This document shows, piece after piece, positions 39,871 to 51,600 of a stretch of 64,000 bases of DNA (position 1 is the first letter of the stretch; each line of letters begins with the position of its first letter). Origin of the DNA: Haliotis cracherodii (Eukaryota); NCBI RefSeq assembly GCF_022045235.1, contig NW_027266343.1, forward strand, positions 18,786,001 through 18,850,000. The letters run 5' to 3'. A program made the position numbers and the translations under genes. The notes under the pieces were generated by a model that searched no databases, was not told where the DNA came from, and saw nothing but the letters and a program-made list of their open reading frames with translations.

Positions 39871-41695
39871 ATTCGAGCAAATAAAGCAAATGTCTATGTC
39901 ATAAAACAACACTAAAGGCACCATTTGTATAACTGTTTTACAACTACCCAATGTAATATGATAAGGTATACCTCTGAAACTCTGAAACAAATATCTCCCG
40001 TAAGGACGATCAAGTACCTGCGCTTTTGCTAATTAACGACGACAAACTATAGCTAATATCCAACATCGTCACTTGGTTGATGCAGTTGTGTCTATCTGGA
40101 ATGGAATGATGTCATCAGGAAATAGTTTAATATGAGTTTACGTATGAAAGGGGGAATCGACAGCTTCAAATTTGCAGCCCAAACATGAATTCAAGTCAGT
40201 ACAGTAAAAACGACTTTGTTTTGCTGACTACACGATGTGTGCAGTTAATCACCGCTTACTATATATCTCCATATAAAATAGCATTTAAAAACTGATATCC
40301 TGTATTCCATTTCTGAGGAAACACACCTGCGTGATAAAATTCTGATTGGAATGTCATTTTTTTATATTCTGAAGAAAAGATATAATGATAAATATTGTTA
40401 CAATTTTATCAAGTTAATGCATTGATGTTCTTGGGTTCCATCCATAAAAATGTTGTTATATTTTAGTGCATAATGAGATGGTGCAGTGACGATTATAACG
40501 TGCAACAACAAATCCATTTAAATGTACGTACAGTACGTAAGAACATGTTCGCAATCGGTTTTTTTGTTCACTCGTTAGTGGCGTGTATAGGCCCATGTAA
40601 GAAATTGGTCATTCCCGTTTTAGTCAGCTTCATCACGACGGTCTGTGAATAATACAGCCTTACCCGACCAATCCAGTGGTTCATTACTTGAGCAACGATC
40701 TGTAATATCTCGGCCAATCAGACACTCGTTGTAACCACCCGATACTCATTTGTCAATAAGCATTTGCAACTTCTTTACTGCTCTGGAATCCCAGTTGGGA
40801 CCGCCATTAAACATGCGTTGATAATCATTGATTTTTGACTTGATAAAAGGGTTCAAACCTAAAAATATTAGTTTATTGTATAGCTGTAGTCAATAATTTC
40901 TCGAAAGTGTGTTAACTAAATCAATGTATCTGTTTGTATACAAAATGCGTCATCAGCAACAAATGGATTGTATTATGAAAATAAAAAATTAGTCATTTTA
41001 CAACTTTTCTGGTCCTGTATTCCATGTGACGTTATCATAAATAATAGGCAAATAAAGTTATACAACTCAAAACCTGTAAAAATGAAGTTGCGGCGCCTTA
41101 ACAACTTGGGCATCCCTGCTGCTCATTGAGGTTCTACTCTTATGCATTTTTCAGAAATGACATTGTAGTATATGGCATCATCTCACTGGAGTAGTTACAC
41201 CAGAGAACATCACGATGGTGTCACAAGGTTGCCTTTCTCCTGATTGTAGAACCTCGTCTGGAAAAATACAAATGTTCAATGTTAACTGATAGTGAAGGAA
41301 TCACATTCCACTAATGTCCTCCAACAGTATTGTAAGCTATGTACACACGATTAAGGACTGGTATTTTGTCCTTGGTCTTGGTAAATTCTTGTAGCAATCA
41401 TTGAAATATTGGCAATTTCGTTACAAAAGTGAAACATCTCAAAAGCAAACAACCTATATTGATTTTGCTATTTCCATTTCCTTCCATGTGTCTGTTGGTC
41501 ACTCTGGTGGGGTGAGATTGAAGGACTCGTTAAATTCCTTAATCACAACGGGATTTCTCAAACCGTTTGGATACAGTTTGGAACGATATATCAGTAGCGT
41601 TGAAGACAACAATTTAGATGCTGACATGTTTTTCAGTATTTTCTCTATATCATTCGACATAACCTAATTTTTCAGTTTTTGGTTTCTCTCAAAAT

Positions 41696-41701
41696 TTTAT
41701 T
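41696..41701 (-). terminator. Candidate poly(A) signal AATAAA of the GPCR
   Basis: First AATAAA on the minus strand, ~125 nt after the stop codon; usage not shown. Confidence 0.3.
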
Positions 41702-41825
41702 AAATGTTTCCAAGTTTACAGCAAACTGACAATGTTGTTATATCCTGCTAGACCTTTAGCAATGTCAAGAAATATCATTGTGGACAGTAATATTTTCTCC
41801 ATGACCAATGGTACCACTGTTTCGA

Positions 41826-43169
41826 TTACTTCAGATGCAACTCCACCTTTCCATTAGAAATGTCACATTTGGGAATAAGTTCTGTCGTCTCCTCCTTTAT
41901 TGTGTCTTTCTCGTCGATTCGTGGAGGTGATCCATTGAATTTGAACGGACAAAAGTTTTCAATTTCATCAGGCGTTATGGAAGTGTCCCTCTTAACACTG
42001 GTCGATCTACTTGAGCATGCAATACTTGACCGTGTGATACTCGGCATACCCCGTCCTCTTTTTCGATCTCGGCGGTCATTCCTCAACAGAACTCCATCTG
42101 TTTCAGAGCACCCTGGGTAAATCTTAAAAGCTCGGTATCCACACCATCGGAATCTAGCTTTCACTTCCTCTCTGAAATTCTCGTTCAGCCAACAGTAGAC
42201 GAAAGGGTTATAACACGTGCTGCTGATGGCGATCCAGTGACAGATGAAGAAGGCTCTACTGTCATGGTGGAATACCTCAGCATTGGGATGAAAGTCTGTC
42301 AGAAGATGGTACAGAATAAGAGGCAGCCAACATAAGGCAAACACAATCACAACTGCGATCAAAAGCTTAATGCTTCTTCTTTTCGCACGTTGCTGAGATT
42401 GGTGCTGATTTTCTGTTACAGCCCCGACATGGGTTCTTGCCCATAGTTTACGTACTATACGTCCATACGCAAAGGCGATGAAGGTCAACGGGATGCAGTA
42501 TTGCATGATGATGGTAACCACAGTAAGATACTGTTCAAATGAATCCAGTGATTCAGGAAATGATGATCGACATCGTCGAAGCTTTGACGTGAAAAGATTG
42601 ACCTCCTGCACACTTGTGTAGATGCCATATGGTAAAGAGAGGCAGATGGCCAATACCCATATGAACACAAGAACCGTTATTGCCAATTGCTTGGACATAC
42701 GAATTGTTAGAGGAGTCAGAATCACTCGATGCCTGTCAATGGCGATCGCTGTCAGGGTATAGGTTGACACATACACAGAGACCATTAACGAGAAGTTCAC
42801 AAGGTGACACAGAAAATCTCCTAATGGCCATTCATCCAATATATGTCTGAGAATATTGAATGGGACATTAATGCAGGTAATAAGAAGGTCCGAGATTGCT
42901 AGGTTTGCAATGAAGAAGTTGGTAGCTGTGTGAAGTCGTTTGTTCTTCAGAATGACATAACAAACAAGAGAGTTCCCGAAGAAGGAGATAAGACTTAAGA
43001 TGCTGTATGCGATGATGATGATTATATTCTCTACTGTCTGGTCACGTTTGAAGGATTGGGACTTGAAAGAGCTCCCATTGGACTGGTTTGATAGCCATAG
43101 GGAAATGTCGGTCTGAGTTACATTCTTGTCATCAAGTCCCAAGAGATACCACACGTCGTCGTACGCCAT
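41826..43169 (-). CDS. GPR83: Rhodopsin-family (class A) neuropeptide GPCR, GPR83-like (tachykinin/luqin-RYamide receptor neighbourhood), ~447 aa, single coding exon
   Basis: 458-aa ORF with 7 hydrophobic segments and class A motifs: TM1 GN, TM2 NLAISD, TM3 DRH (as in GPR83), TM6 CWLP, TM7 HWIAISSTCYNPFVYCWLNENFR (close to the vertebrate GPR83 TM7). N-glycosylation sites NVT/NQS/NGS. The likely start is MAYDD at 43169, just downstream of an acceptor-like tttcag ending at 43186, so the first ORF Met (43202) is probably intronic. Confidence 0.88.
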   Translation of the reverse strand: MAYDDVWYLLGLDDKNVTQTDISLWLSNQSNGSSFKSQSFKRDQTVENIIIIIAYSILSLISFFGNSLVCYVILKNKRLHTATNFFIANLAISDLLITCINVPFNILRHILDEWPLGDFLCHLVNFSLMVSVYVSTYTLTAIAIDRHRVILTPLTIRMSKQLAITVLVFIWVLAICLSLPYGIYTSVQEVNLFTSKLRRCRSSFPESLDSFEQYLTVVTIIMQYCIPLTFIAFAYGRIVRKLWARTHVGAVTENQHQSQQRAKRRSIKLLIAVVIVFALCWLPLILYHLLTDFHPNAEVFHHDSRAFFICHWIAISSTCYNPFVYCWLNENFREEVKARFRWCGYRAFKIYPGCSETDGVLLRNDRRDRKRGRGMPSITRSSIACSSRSTSVKRDTSITPDEIENFCPFKFNGSPPRIDEKDTIKEETTELIPKCDISNGKVELHLK

Positions 43170-43759
43170 TGCTTCACAGGAAACTCTGAAACACATAAAC
43201 ATAGTGATTCTTGAAACATTATTTCATGGAACACTTTGAAGCACACAATCATAATGATTCTTGAAACATTGCTTCAGGAGATAATCTCAAACTTTACAGC
43301 ATAGGGTCTCTAAACAATGCATGGTGACTCATATGATTAAGACTGTGTCATAGAATATTATTAGATATATTCATTAACAAAAAATCCCTCACATTATCAA
43401 TTCAATTTTTTAATAGCTTTCATATATAAAGTGTTACCTACATTTACATGAGTGTAAACCATGAGTATATTAGAAAACAAGTCATATAATTATAAAATAA
43501 GCTTTCTTCTGATGGAATGGAATGTTTCCCCGGATAATATTAGTGACTGACTATTCTCTGGTGTTGACGTTTCAAATTTCACAGATAATGTTGACATATC
43601 TTCAATAACACAAAATTTCTTACATTATCAATGTAAATCATGAGTATATCAAACCATACTTGAAGAAAAAAAGAAGAGAAAGCAGCAATGATTACAATTT
43701 TCACTTGAGTTACCGACAAAACAGTCCATTTCAGAACTAAGACTTTATCACAAGTATGT

Positions 43760-44075
43760 GTTTCGTGAATTACTATCAGATCATGATGATAGCATTTGTT
43801 CGTGAAAAGGTGAGCGTATCTTGAACGACTGGAGGGACTTGTAACAAACACATGTGAAGCCATGTCAAATGTTCACCTGAACAAATAGGGAAACGTGGTG
43901 CATGTCAAAGTATCGAATTGCATCGGACATCTTTTTGGTCACTGATGTATTAAATTGGAAATGTCCTCCACATGTCTACCATAAAACGTTTCGAATGCTT
44001 TACTATGGCCTTGAACGTTGCAAACCTGTTCTAACAACTTCTGGGCAAGAGCCGTATGAGGCCTTTTGAAACCTT
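43760..44075 (-). mobile_element. Naiad-type PLE 3' fragment, upstream of the GPCR coding exon
   Basis: AQKLLEQ..KAFETFYGRH..SVTKKMSDA, followed by the shared aaaggtgagcgtatc 3' UTR motif. Confidence 0.65.
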
Positions 44076-44859
44076 ATGTTTCCTCGGCGAGTTTTACTAT
44101 AGTATCGTAGAACAAACTATTCTTCAACGAATGATACATGTCAATATTTTCGGACTGATATTCATATTCTTCTGGATTTTTTTTGTTCATGCGAATTAAA
44201 TAAACCTTTTGCATGATTGCGCAGTTTCTTATTCATTCTATGACGCTGACATGAATAGAAGCCAAAAACGGACCTCAATGGACGTTAAAGGAACACGATT
44301 CTTTCATATCACTCTAGTCAATCTTTCGTGGCATGGCTACAGTAATATGAAAGAATTGAGTGTTCTTTAACCTCTTCCAAGTACTAATTACGACAAATAT
44401 TAAAGGGACACCAATTTGCCTATACGAAAACCTTCATCATCTGACATCCAAATGCCTCTGGCGTTAAGTGATATGAGACAGCAAAAATATGATTATGTTC
44501 CTTATGAAGTCGGAATTAACTGTACATGATTGTTCGGTAGTCGATATAGCACATAGCTTGTATGTACGATACAGTCTCACTTCAACTTTTAACGTATCTT
44601 AGAGACTTACTGAGGCCATCGTGAACGTACAACTACAGAAAAACCCTTCAAACCGTCAGCCGCAGCAGCATCTATAAATGAGTTAGCACGTCATCTCAAA
44701 ATCGTTATTCCACACTCAGCAGGTCCTCCTATAACCTACAATCAAAATGCTCTAAAAGCAAAGCCAGACCATTCTAACGCATCGTCGGTTTTTCCGTTTT
44801 CGCATTCATCAGTTAGGGTAGTCTTTACGTGAGAGCCAAAACGAGGTAAAACTAAAGAT

Positions 44860-45136
44860 TTTTGTTTTTGTTTGTTTGTTTGTTGTTTAACGCCGCACTC
44901 AGCAATATTCCAGCCATATGACGGCGGTCTGTTAAATAATCGAGTCTGGACCAGTCAATCCAGTGATTAATATCATGAGCATCGATCCACGCAATTGGGA
45001 TCGATGACATGCATCAACCAAGTCAGCGAGCCTGACTACCCGATCCCGTTAGTCGCCTTTTACGACAAGCATAGTCGCCTTTGACAGCATGCATGGGTTG
45101 CTGAAGACCTATTCTACCCCGGAATCTTCACGGGTC
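44860..45136 (-). mobile_element. SINE family B, full length
   Basis: Near-identical to 57086-57350; flanking direct repeat gtaaaactaaaga. Confidence 0.9.
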
Positions 45137-45406
45137 TATTGTAAGAAGTAACATTTGTATACATAGTAAAACTAAAGACATATGGGATGTTAAAAAGGAA
45201 ATTGTGTTAACTTCTGTGATAATTCTACTGTTGTCGCTCTAGTAAAAACATTACCGAAGTGGAAGCTTTTGAAGTGTGAATGAACGCTATGAATACCTTT
45301 GCTGTTTTGTGGGGAGGTTTGGTGGATAATTCTATTTATCATTTTTTATTTTTTTTACTAATTCCTTTTTGGGGGGATGATGGGTTAGGGGATGTCATTT
45401 AGTGTA

Positions 45407-45452
45407 TGGCCTGATGAGACTCTTACGTGGTACGATTTGAAAGCGCTAGCGA
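45407..45452 (+). ncRNA. Degenerate minimal type I hammerhead ribozyme-like motif
   Basis: tggc-CTGATGA-gactc...gattt-GAAA-gcgc-TA-gcga; stems I and II each have a mismatch. Confidence 0.4.
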
Positions 45453-45498
45453 ATTAAACTGTGTTCAATCTTACTCAACTAATTTAATTTTAATTATC

Positions 45499-45628
45499 NN
45501 NNNNNNNNNNNNNNNNNNNNNNNNNNNNNNNNNNNNNNNNNNNNNNNNNNNNNNNNNNNNNNNNNNNNNNNNNNNNNNNNNNNNNNNNNNNNNNNNNNNN
45601 NNNNNNNNNNNNNNNNNNNNNNNNNNNN
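45499..45628. other. Assembly gap
   Basis: Run of N. Confidence 1.
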
Positions 45629-46859
45629 GGACCGGTTGATCTATTCCAAGATTAGTCTTTCCGTAATTGTCTCGCACTGTAACGAGCTAAAAGGACTATC
45701 AGTGTAGCAACTACAACGCCACCACACAGCTGAAGTTGTGCTAAATCCACGCTAAATCTGTGTTCAATGCCTAACTGTTAAAATGTTAATGTTCTTTAAG
45801 CATAGATATATGTGTAGCCTTTTAACTCTGGTATGTTCGTAGCTTTTCCTAAGATATGGGCACCATTATCAAGACAACTGAAAAGCAAATACAAAGGCAA
45901 ATTAGAATTGTTCTTTCCATTAAAACTTGGTACGACACACTCGTTACAACACAGCTAAATGCATGATCCTAACTTTATCATGAGTATATTGGTATTTGGG
46001 GACTGACCATTTATGAAACGTTGTCATGATTATAGTAAGGTGTTGTTGTTCACACAAGAAATCCAGTATGGATCAGCCAACATACAAACAAATAAGGCAT
46101 TCATTCCAGATAGGGCTTACAGAACCTAGTATGAAAAGAGAATGGAACTCAGATATGTGCTGTGGAACATGACTGTATCCAAATATCCGAATTTGTCTCT
46201 CAAGACTGAAACTAAAGGAAACTATTCCAGACATGTCACACATAAAACTAATTTTACTCAAGAGGATTCAATTCCGGACTTGTCTCAGAAAAGGTAACTT
46301 AAAACGAAAGGTATGTATTCTGGTTTCACCTGACAAATACAATCGAAACCAAAATCTTGGTCTGTCTCACAAAGCATACCTAACACAGGATCCACGTATC
46401 ATAACATTTATTGTTACATAAAATCAATTACTAAAGCATCCTGTAAGCCCACTACAGTAAGAAAATCTATTTAGGTGGGTGGGTAGTACATACTGATTGT
46501 AACATACTGAATTTGTGGATATATATTCAAATTCAAAAGTTATAGTCACATGGACATTTTCACTTCTGTTGCATGTGTTTTGCAAGAAATAACGAATATT
46601 CGAAAGAGCTGCTTGGAAATTCCTTTTCGCGTACACCTAGTATCATGACTAATTGATAGTGATTCAAAATATATATAACGCAAACATACCAGCAGTCTCG
46701 AATTTCCAACGAAGCAGACTCCGTTGGGTGTTAATGAAAAATAGCGATGAAATAAATGCTTTAATATGATATGGTCGGGGTTGTAAATGGACCCTAAGTT
46801 CAGCAGAGTCATTTTGCTTGTGTGAAGGGTATGGTCTCTTTTATTCAACTGTTCTGAGT

Positions 46860-47200
46860 GAAAATGACACATGCTTGGCCAAAGAATGCTTGAATCCAAT
46901 AACCTTGCAGCGTGACGTTGCACGTCAGTTCAACGTCTACAGGAACACTATATGGTACTTATGGCGACCTTATTTACAGAAGGACTACGTCAGAGACCGT
47001 CCCCGTAGTGGCCCCCTAGTGACAACCTTTCGCGAATGCCTAAGGATTTAAACAACGCATCTCCGACACAGGTCCAGACAGCAACACAGGCGATCTGCGA
47101 GGACAGTCTTACGACGTCTACGCATCTACGGCATCCGTGCGAGGCGCCCAGCCCAAAGGCGGATCCGGACGGCAAACATCAGCGACGACGTCTCCAGTGG
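46860..47200 (+). mobile_element. Tc1-like transposase N-terminal relic
   Basis: QRDVARQFNV...VRDRPRSG...RTVLRRL..GIRARRP. Confidence 0.7.
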
Positions 47201-48535
47201 TGACTCGAATTCCTTTCACCCGATATTTTGACCTGATGGCTTCGCGTAAACGGGGTTTTATTGGAAAATAAATTCACCTCAAATTTTAGATACAGATATC
47301 ATACAGATTGTGAAGTAACTGTATATATTCCAGAACCAGTGACGTATGAACCTGACGCTTTCTTCACTTTTCAAATATATTTCATAAATATTGTTATATG
47401 CCATGGTGTGTTTGATATAACGTTTACTATTCGCTGTGAAAGATTATTAAAACTTTTATCACTCAGAACTGACCGTCTCCGTGGTCCAGTGGATAGAGCG
47501 TCTGCCCGGAGAGCGGAACGTCGTTCGCTCGATCCCTGACCGCTTCATTTCAAAAATCGTTAAAAGATGCGGCAAACTGCGGCATGGTATCTCAGTGAGC
47601 TAGCGCCATAAATCGGCATTAATCCGGACTTGTACAAACAAACACACACACACACACACACACCGTCACGTTAAACCCAATTTCACCTCATGCTTTGCAA
47701 CAATGATTATGTGTCCCTATGAACAATCATTGCCGTGTTGACGTGGATCATAAACTTGAATGGTTTTATCATGATTAAACGGTTTAATCTGTGTCTGAAG
47801 TGTTGATGTGAGCCGATGCCCTGAGACATCTAGTCAAGCAGATTGATGAACGACTCCTGTATATTTGTTCCTTGGGGGAATTGGCGGGCAGACTGCATTA
47901 AACGAGCAAACTAATACTGTTTTCTTTTGTAACTGGGGTCACCATTACCAGCATGAGAGTGATTAATTTCTGGGATAGTAATAGTAAATCGATCTACTCC
48001 AGCGAACCGCAGACATTATATTCCTAGCATACCTGTCACTATCGACCATTTTTAGAAACGGGTTGCTAAAATAGGCATTCTTGACGTATTGCAACGTTTC
48101 TAATTTGGTCTGTTTCTGTGGGGTAATATGTCTCGCATTTCACTCGTTTGTTATGCAATTTCTCAAGTTATTCACTTTATTGAGAAGGCAGCAGTATGAT
48201 AAAGGAGACAAAAGTTTATGGAAAACAACTTCTTTTTTGTTTTGATCTTTAAACCGTTGTCAAGCAAGACTGAATAATGAACATGGTACATGGAATTATA
48301 TATGGTAGGTGAAGGATTAACAGTAACATCATTTATCATACATTAAAGGGATTAAAAGTATCCATAAACTTTTGTCTACTTTGTCATCCTTTAACTTGTA
48401 AGAAATAGCTATCAATTATAAAACATATTAGGTGTTTGCAACTGTACGGTTGCATATATACGGATGTTTTTGAGAATTTGCTGCCCAGAAATGTTGTTTG
48501 AGTGTGTGAGTGGAGTGGAATGGAGTGGAGTGGAG

Positions 48536-48822
48536 TGAGTGAGGTTTTACGGCGCTGTGTTAGCAATATTCCAGCAATATCACGGCGGTGGACACCATAA
48601 ATTGGCTTCACACATTCTGCCCAAGTGAAGAATCGAACCCGGGTCTTCACCGTGACGAGCGAACGCTTTAACCACTAGGCTACCCCACCGCCCCGTCCCG
48701 CCGAAGACGCAGGTTTAATCATCCACATGAGTACAATGTGTGAAGCACATTTCTGATGTCCCCTTTCGTGATATTACTGGAACATTGCTAAAAGCGGCTC
48801 GCAACCATACACACTCACTCAC
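48536..48822. mobile_element. Head-to-head inverted pair of SINE family A
   Basis: Minus copy 48536-48694 directly abuts a 5'-truncated plus copy 48695-48822. Confidence 0.85.
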
Positions 48823-50575
48823 AATATCATTTACAGCAGGCAATTGAAAAGGTAGTCAAATGACTATTTCCATTTAATAGTCATAAAACACATCATTAGA
48901 TTTCGATTTCTGTATTTCAATATTAGAATGCCACCTGTGACACTAAAAGAAATGTGTTTCGTCAGTATATTAATACTGGATACGATTTTTTTAAAGCTAT
49001 TTTTAGGACATCTCGCATTAAACCATGCCTCAAGCTGTTTTACAGGTGTACGCGGTTCACCCCCAGAGTGCTAGAACATCGCCCACCTCAACATCTTCAA
49101 ACTCATCAACTTCTTCAAATCTGAGCAAACCTACATCGAAGCAACAATTATCTAGCTACACGCCAACGGCAAACAACGCACAAAGAAATTTAAATATCGC
49201 GAACCTGAGCCAAGACTGTAGACACAGAAAAAAAACCTGCAAAACGGAACGAAGACAATTTATGAGTACCCTGATCCAGGTTCTTATCTCACTGGCTTGT
49301 AAATGTTTTTTCCTGTCCATATGGTTGATAATTGTAAACATGAATGTAACTTCCATGTCTTTTGTCCATATGTATGTAAGAACTTTCTATTGTACAAGAT
49401 AAAATGGAAAGTGTGTTGTGAATCGTATGTAAATATATAATTTTGTAATAAAAGTCTGTAAAAAAGCTCCATACTCTTATACTCTAATCCTAGAAACGGT
49501 CTATAGCCTAATCCCCTTGTTGTTTCAAGATATGTCACACACATGAGTGATTTAGAAAATACCGTGAGTACATTCGTAGTTCAAGAGGACCATTAGATGT
49601 ATGACCACAGAAGCATTTCTCTCCATGACAGTGGGATTCAGATCCATGTGAATGTGCATCTTGCACAAGGGGTTCGTGAGGTTTTCGCGTGTGGTATTAC
49701 AAACCGTGGCTTACTGTACTTGTTCTTCAGAAAAATACTTTCTTTTCAAATCACCTTTAATTTCATGTACATGAATTAGGCAATCCCAATTAATTGCTCT
49801 TCCCTATAAAAATATATATTTTAAAGATACCAAAGTGATTTATTGAACGCAAAATATATGGGACAAACACTGTCAATAGAAACAATGATCATTCCTATAT
49901 TCATTTTTTATTCTGTTTTGTTTTTTCTTCTGATATTTCTATGGTAATACAACTTGAGGAATGATACGTAAATGCTCTTGAAAAGCATTTTATGTTTTAA
50001 AAAAGTGACTTAAGAGTTTTCAAACGATTACAAATTGCTTGGAAAATGACAAGTATGATTTTATTTTCATAATGCCTATACTGTCAAAAGTAGCGTAAAA
50101 CCCACTCACGCACCCTCTATGAAATCATACCGAGGAAACGGAGCCGATTCGTAAACCTAAATCTACTGACTCGGTTCAACAGTGTAAAAACATTAACAAT
50201 GCATTCATGTGGTGTCAAGACTAATCGTCCCTTTCTCAATCAGAAACCCAAATTTAGAGTAATACCAGTTGACATCTGTGGAAGTTAAATCAGGTTTTTA
50301 GTGATCCCCGGCGTCTTGTGGTCTGTTTCCTTTTGATCAACGCTTAATTAATCATTGGTTACGGATTTAATTCATATTATTCGTGGATCTTGGTGTATTT
50401 AAGATAAGGATCTTGTTTTCTGTTTTAGTGTTAGCGTGCTCTGTGCAATTGATTAAAAAGTAGAAGACGGCAAAGCAATATCTTCCATCACCTGGAAGTT
50501 ATTCTGAAATATTTAAAGTGAGTATCTCTGAACAGTTCTGGCAGGAAATAAAAGCGACAAGGCCATTTCAAAAAC

Positions 50576-50633
<58 letters not shown>

Positions 50634-50659
50634 GATAAATCCAATGCAATCATTTATAT

Positions 50660-51600
50660 CATTATATAAGGCTGCAGTGTTGGGGAGTCTTCACATTCTC
50701 CGAAAAGTTCTGGGTGGGTTTGACTAGGCAGCGCTTCCCTGGAGAAGTCCAATTCGCTGTCTGGGCTGCGTGTAGAGGGGGCAAGGGCCCTGAGCTGATG
50801 ATGAACCTAATTAACCAGCCTGACTGTGCCAGGATCACCCAAACCCTCTTTGCTGCATTTTTTATTTTAATCTGTAAATAATAATAATAATAACATCCAC
50901 ACCCTCACATACAGAATCATGACAGACAATAGATCCCACCACCCTCGCTCTTCACTCAATCGCTTATATTTACCAATTATGATGGGAGGGCGCTGATTGA
51001 TTAATTTGGAGGTTTAATGATAGAATTGTTTTGTGCACTTTTGAACACATTTATTTGTCTGATGATCCTCTTGTGAGGCATGCATCTAGTTTATTTCATG
51101 GAAAATGATAAATACAAAATTCTTTGGAATAGTATTGTACTTAATACAATGATAATAAGTCCTTCGCTTGGATTAACAGAAGGCTTTCTGTTTGCTGCTC
51201 AGAACCAGTCACTTCCCACTCGAAATCGTCAATGTGTGATAGTGCATCAAAAGTTGAATATGAAATGTAGAAATGTAACGAAACTGTCCGTTGCATTGTC
51301 AGTGGATGACCAGCTTTGGCACAAACACAGTATCTAAAGCGACATGATGGAGTGGCTCGATCATTTTATTACCGTCTTCGCAATGCGTGTGGTTTTGACA
51401 CACAGGTCCATCCATGGTACGACCCAGAATATGTAGAGGGCGTCGTGGAAAAAGATAAATACAAAATTCCTTGGAATAGGCCCGTATACAGCCTCAAAAT
51501 TATCAGGCCAACAAACCTGATCTTGTCGTTTTTGATAAATCCAATTAAATCATTTCTGTCCCTTTTGTGATTGACAAGATTCAGGAAATTACAAGGACTG
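50660..51600 (+). mobile_element. R4/Dong-like RLE non-LTR retrotransposon fragments embedded in (TAA)n
   Basis: KAAVLGSLHILRKVL plus a 3' UTR ending in (TAA)n at 50893; then HHPRSSLNRLYLP, EGFLFAAQNQSLPTR, LAQTQYLKRHDGVA and NKPDLVVFD. Confidence 0.8.

Noticed and set aside
41860-42120. Antisense ORF overlapping the GPCR
   Set aside because: Short shadow ORF of the coding strand.
43170-43202. N-terminal MFMCFRVSCEA as the true GPCR start
   Set aside because: It spans an acceptor-like tttcag; the downstream GCAATGG has better start context.
49025-49402. 125-aa Ser-rich ORF as a gene
   Set aside because: Low complexity, with no recognisable domain or exon context.
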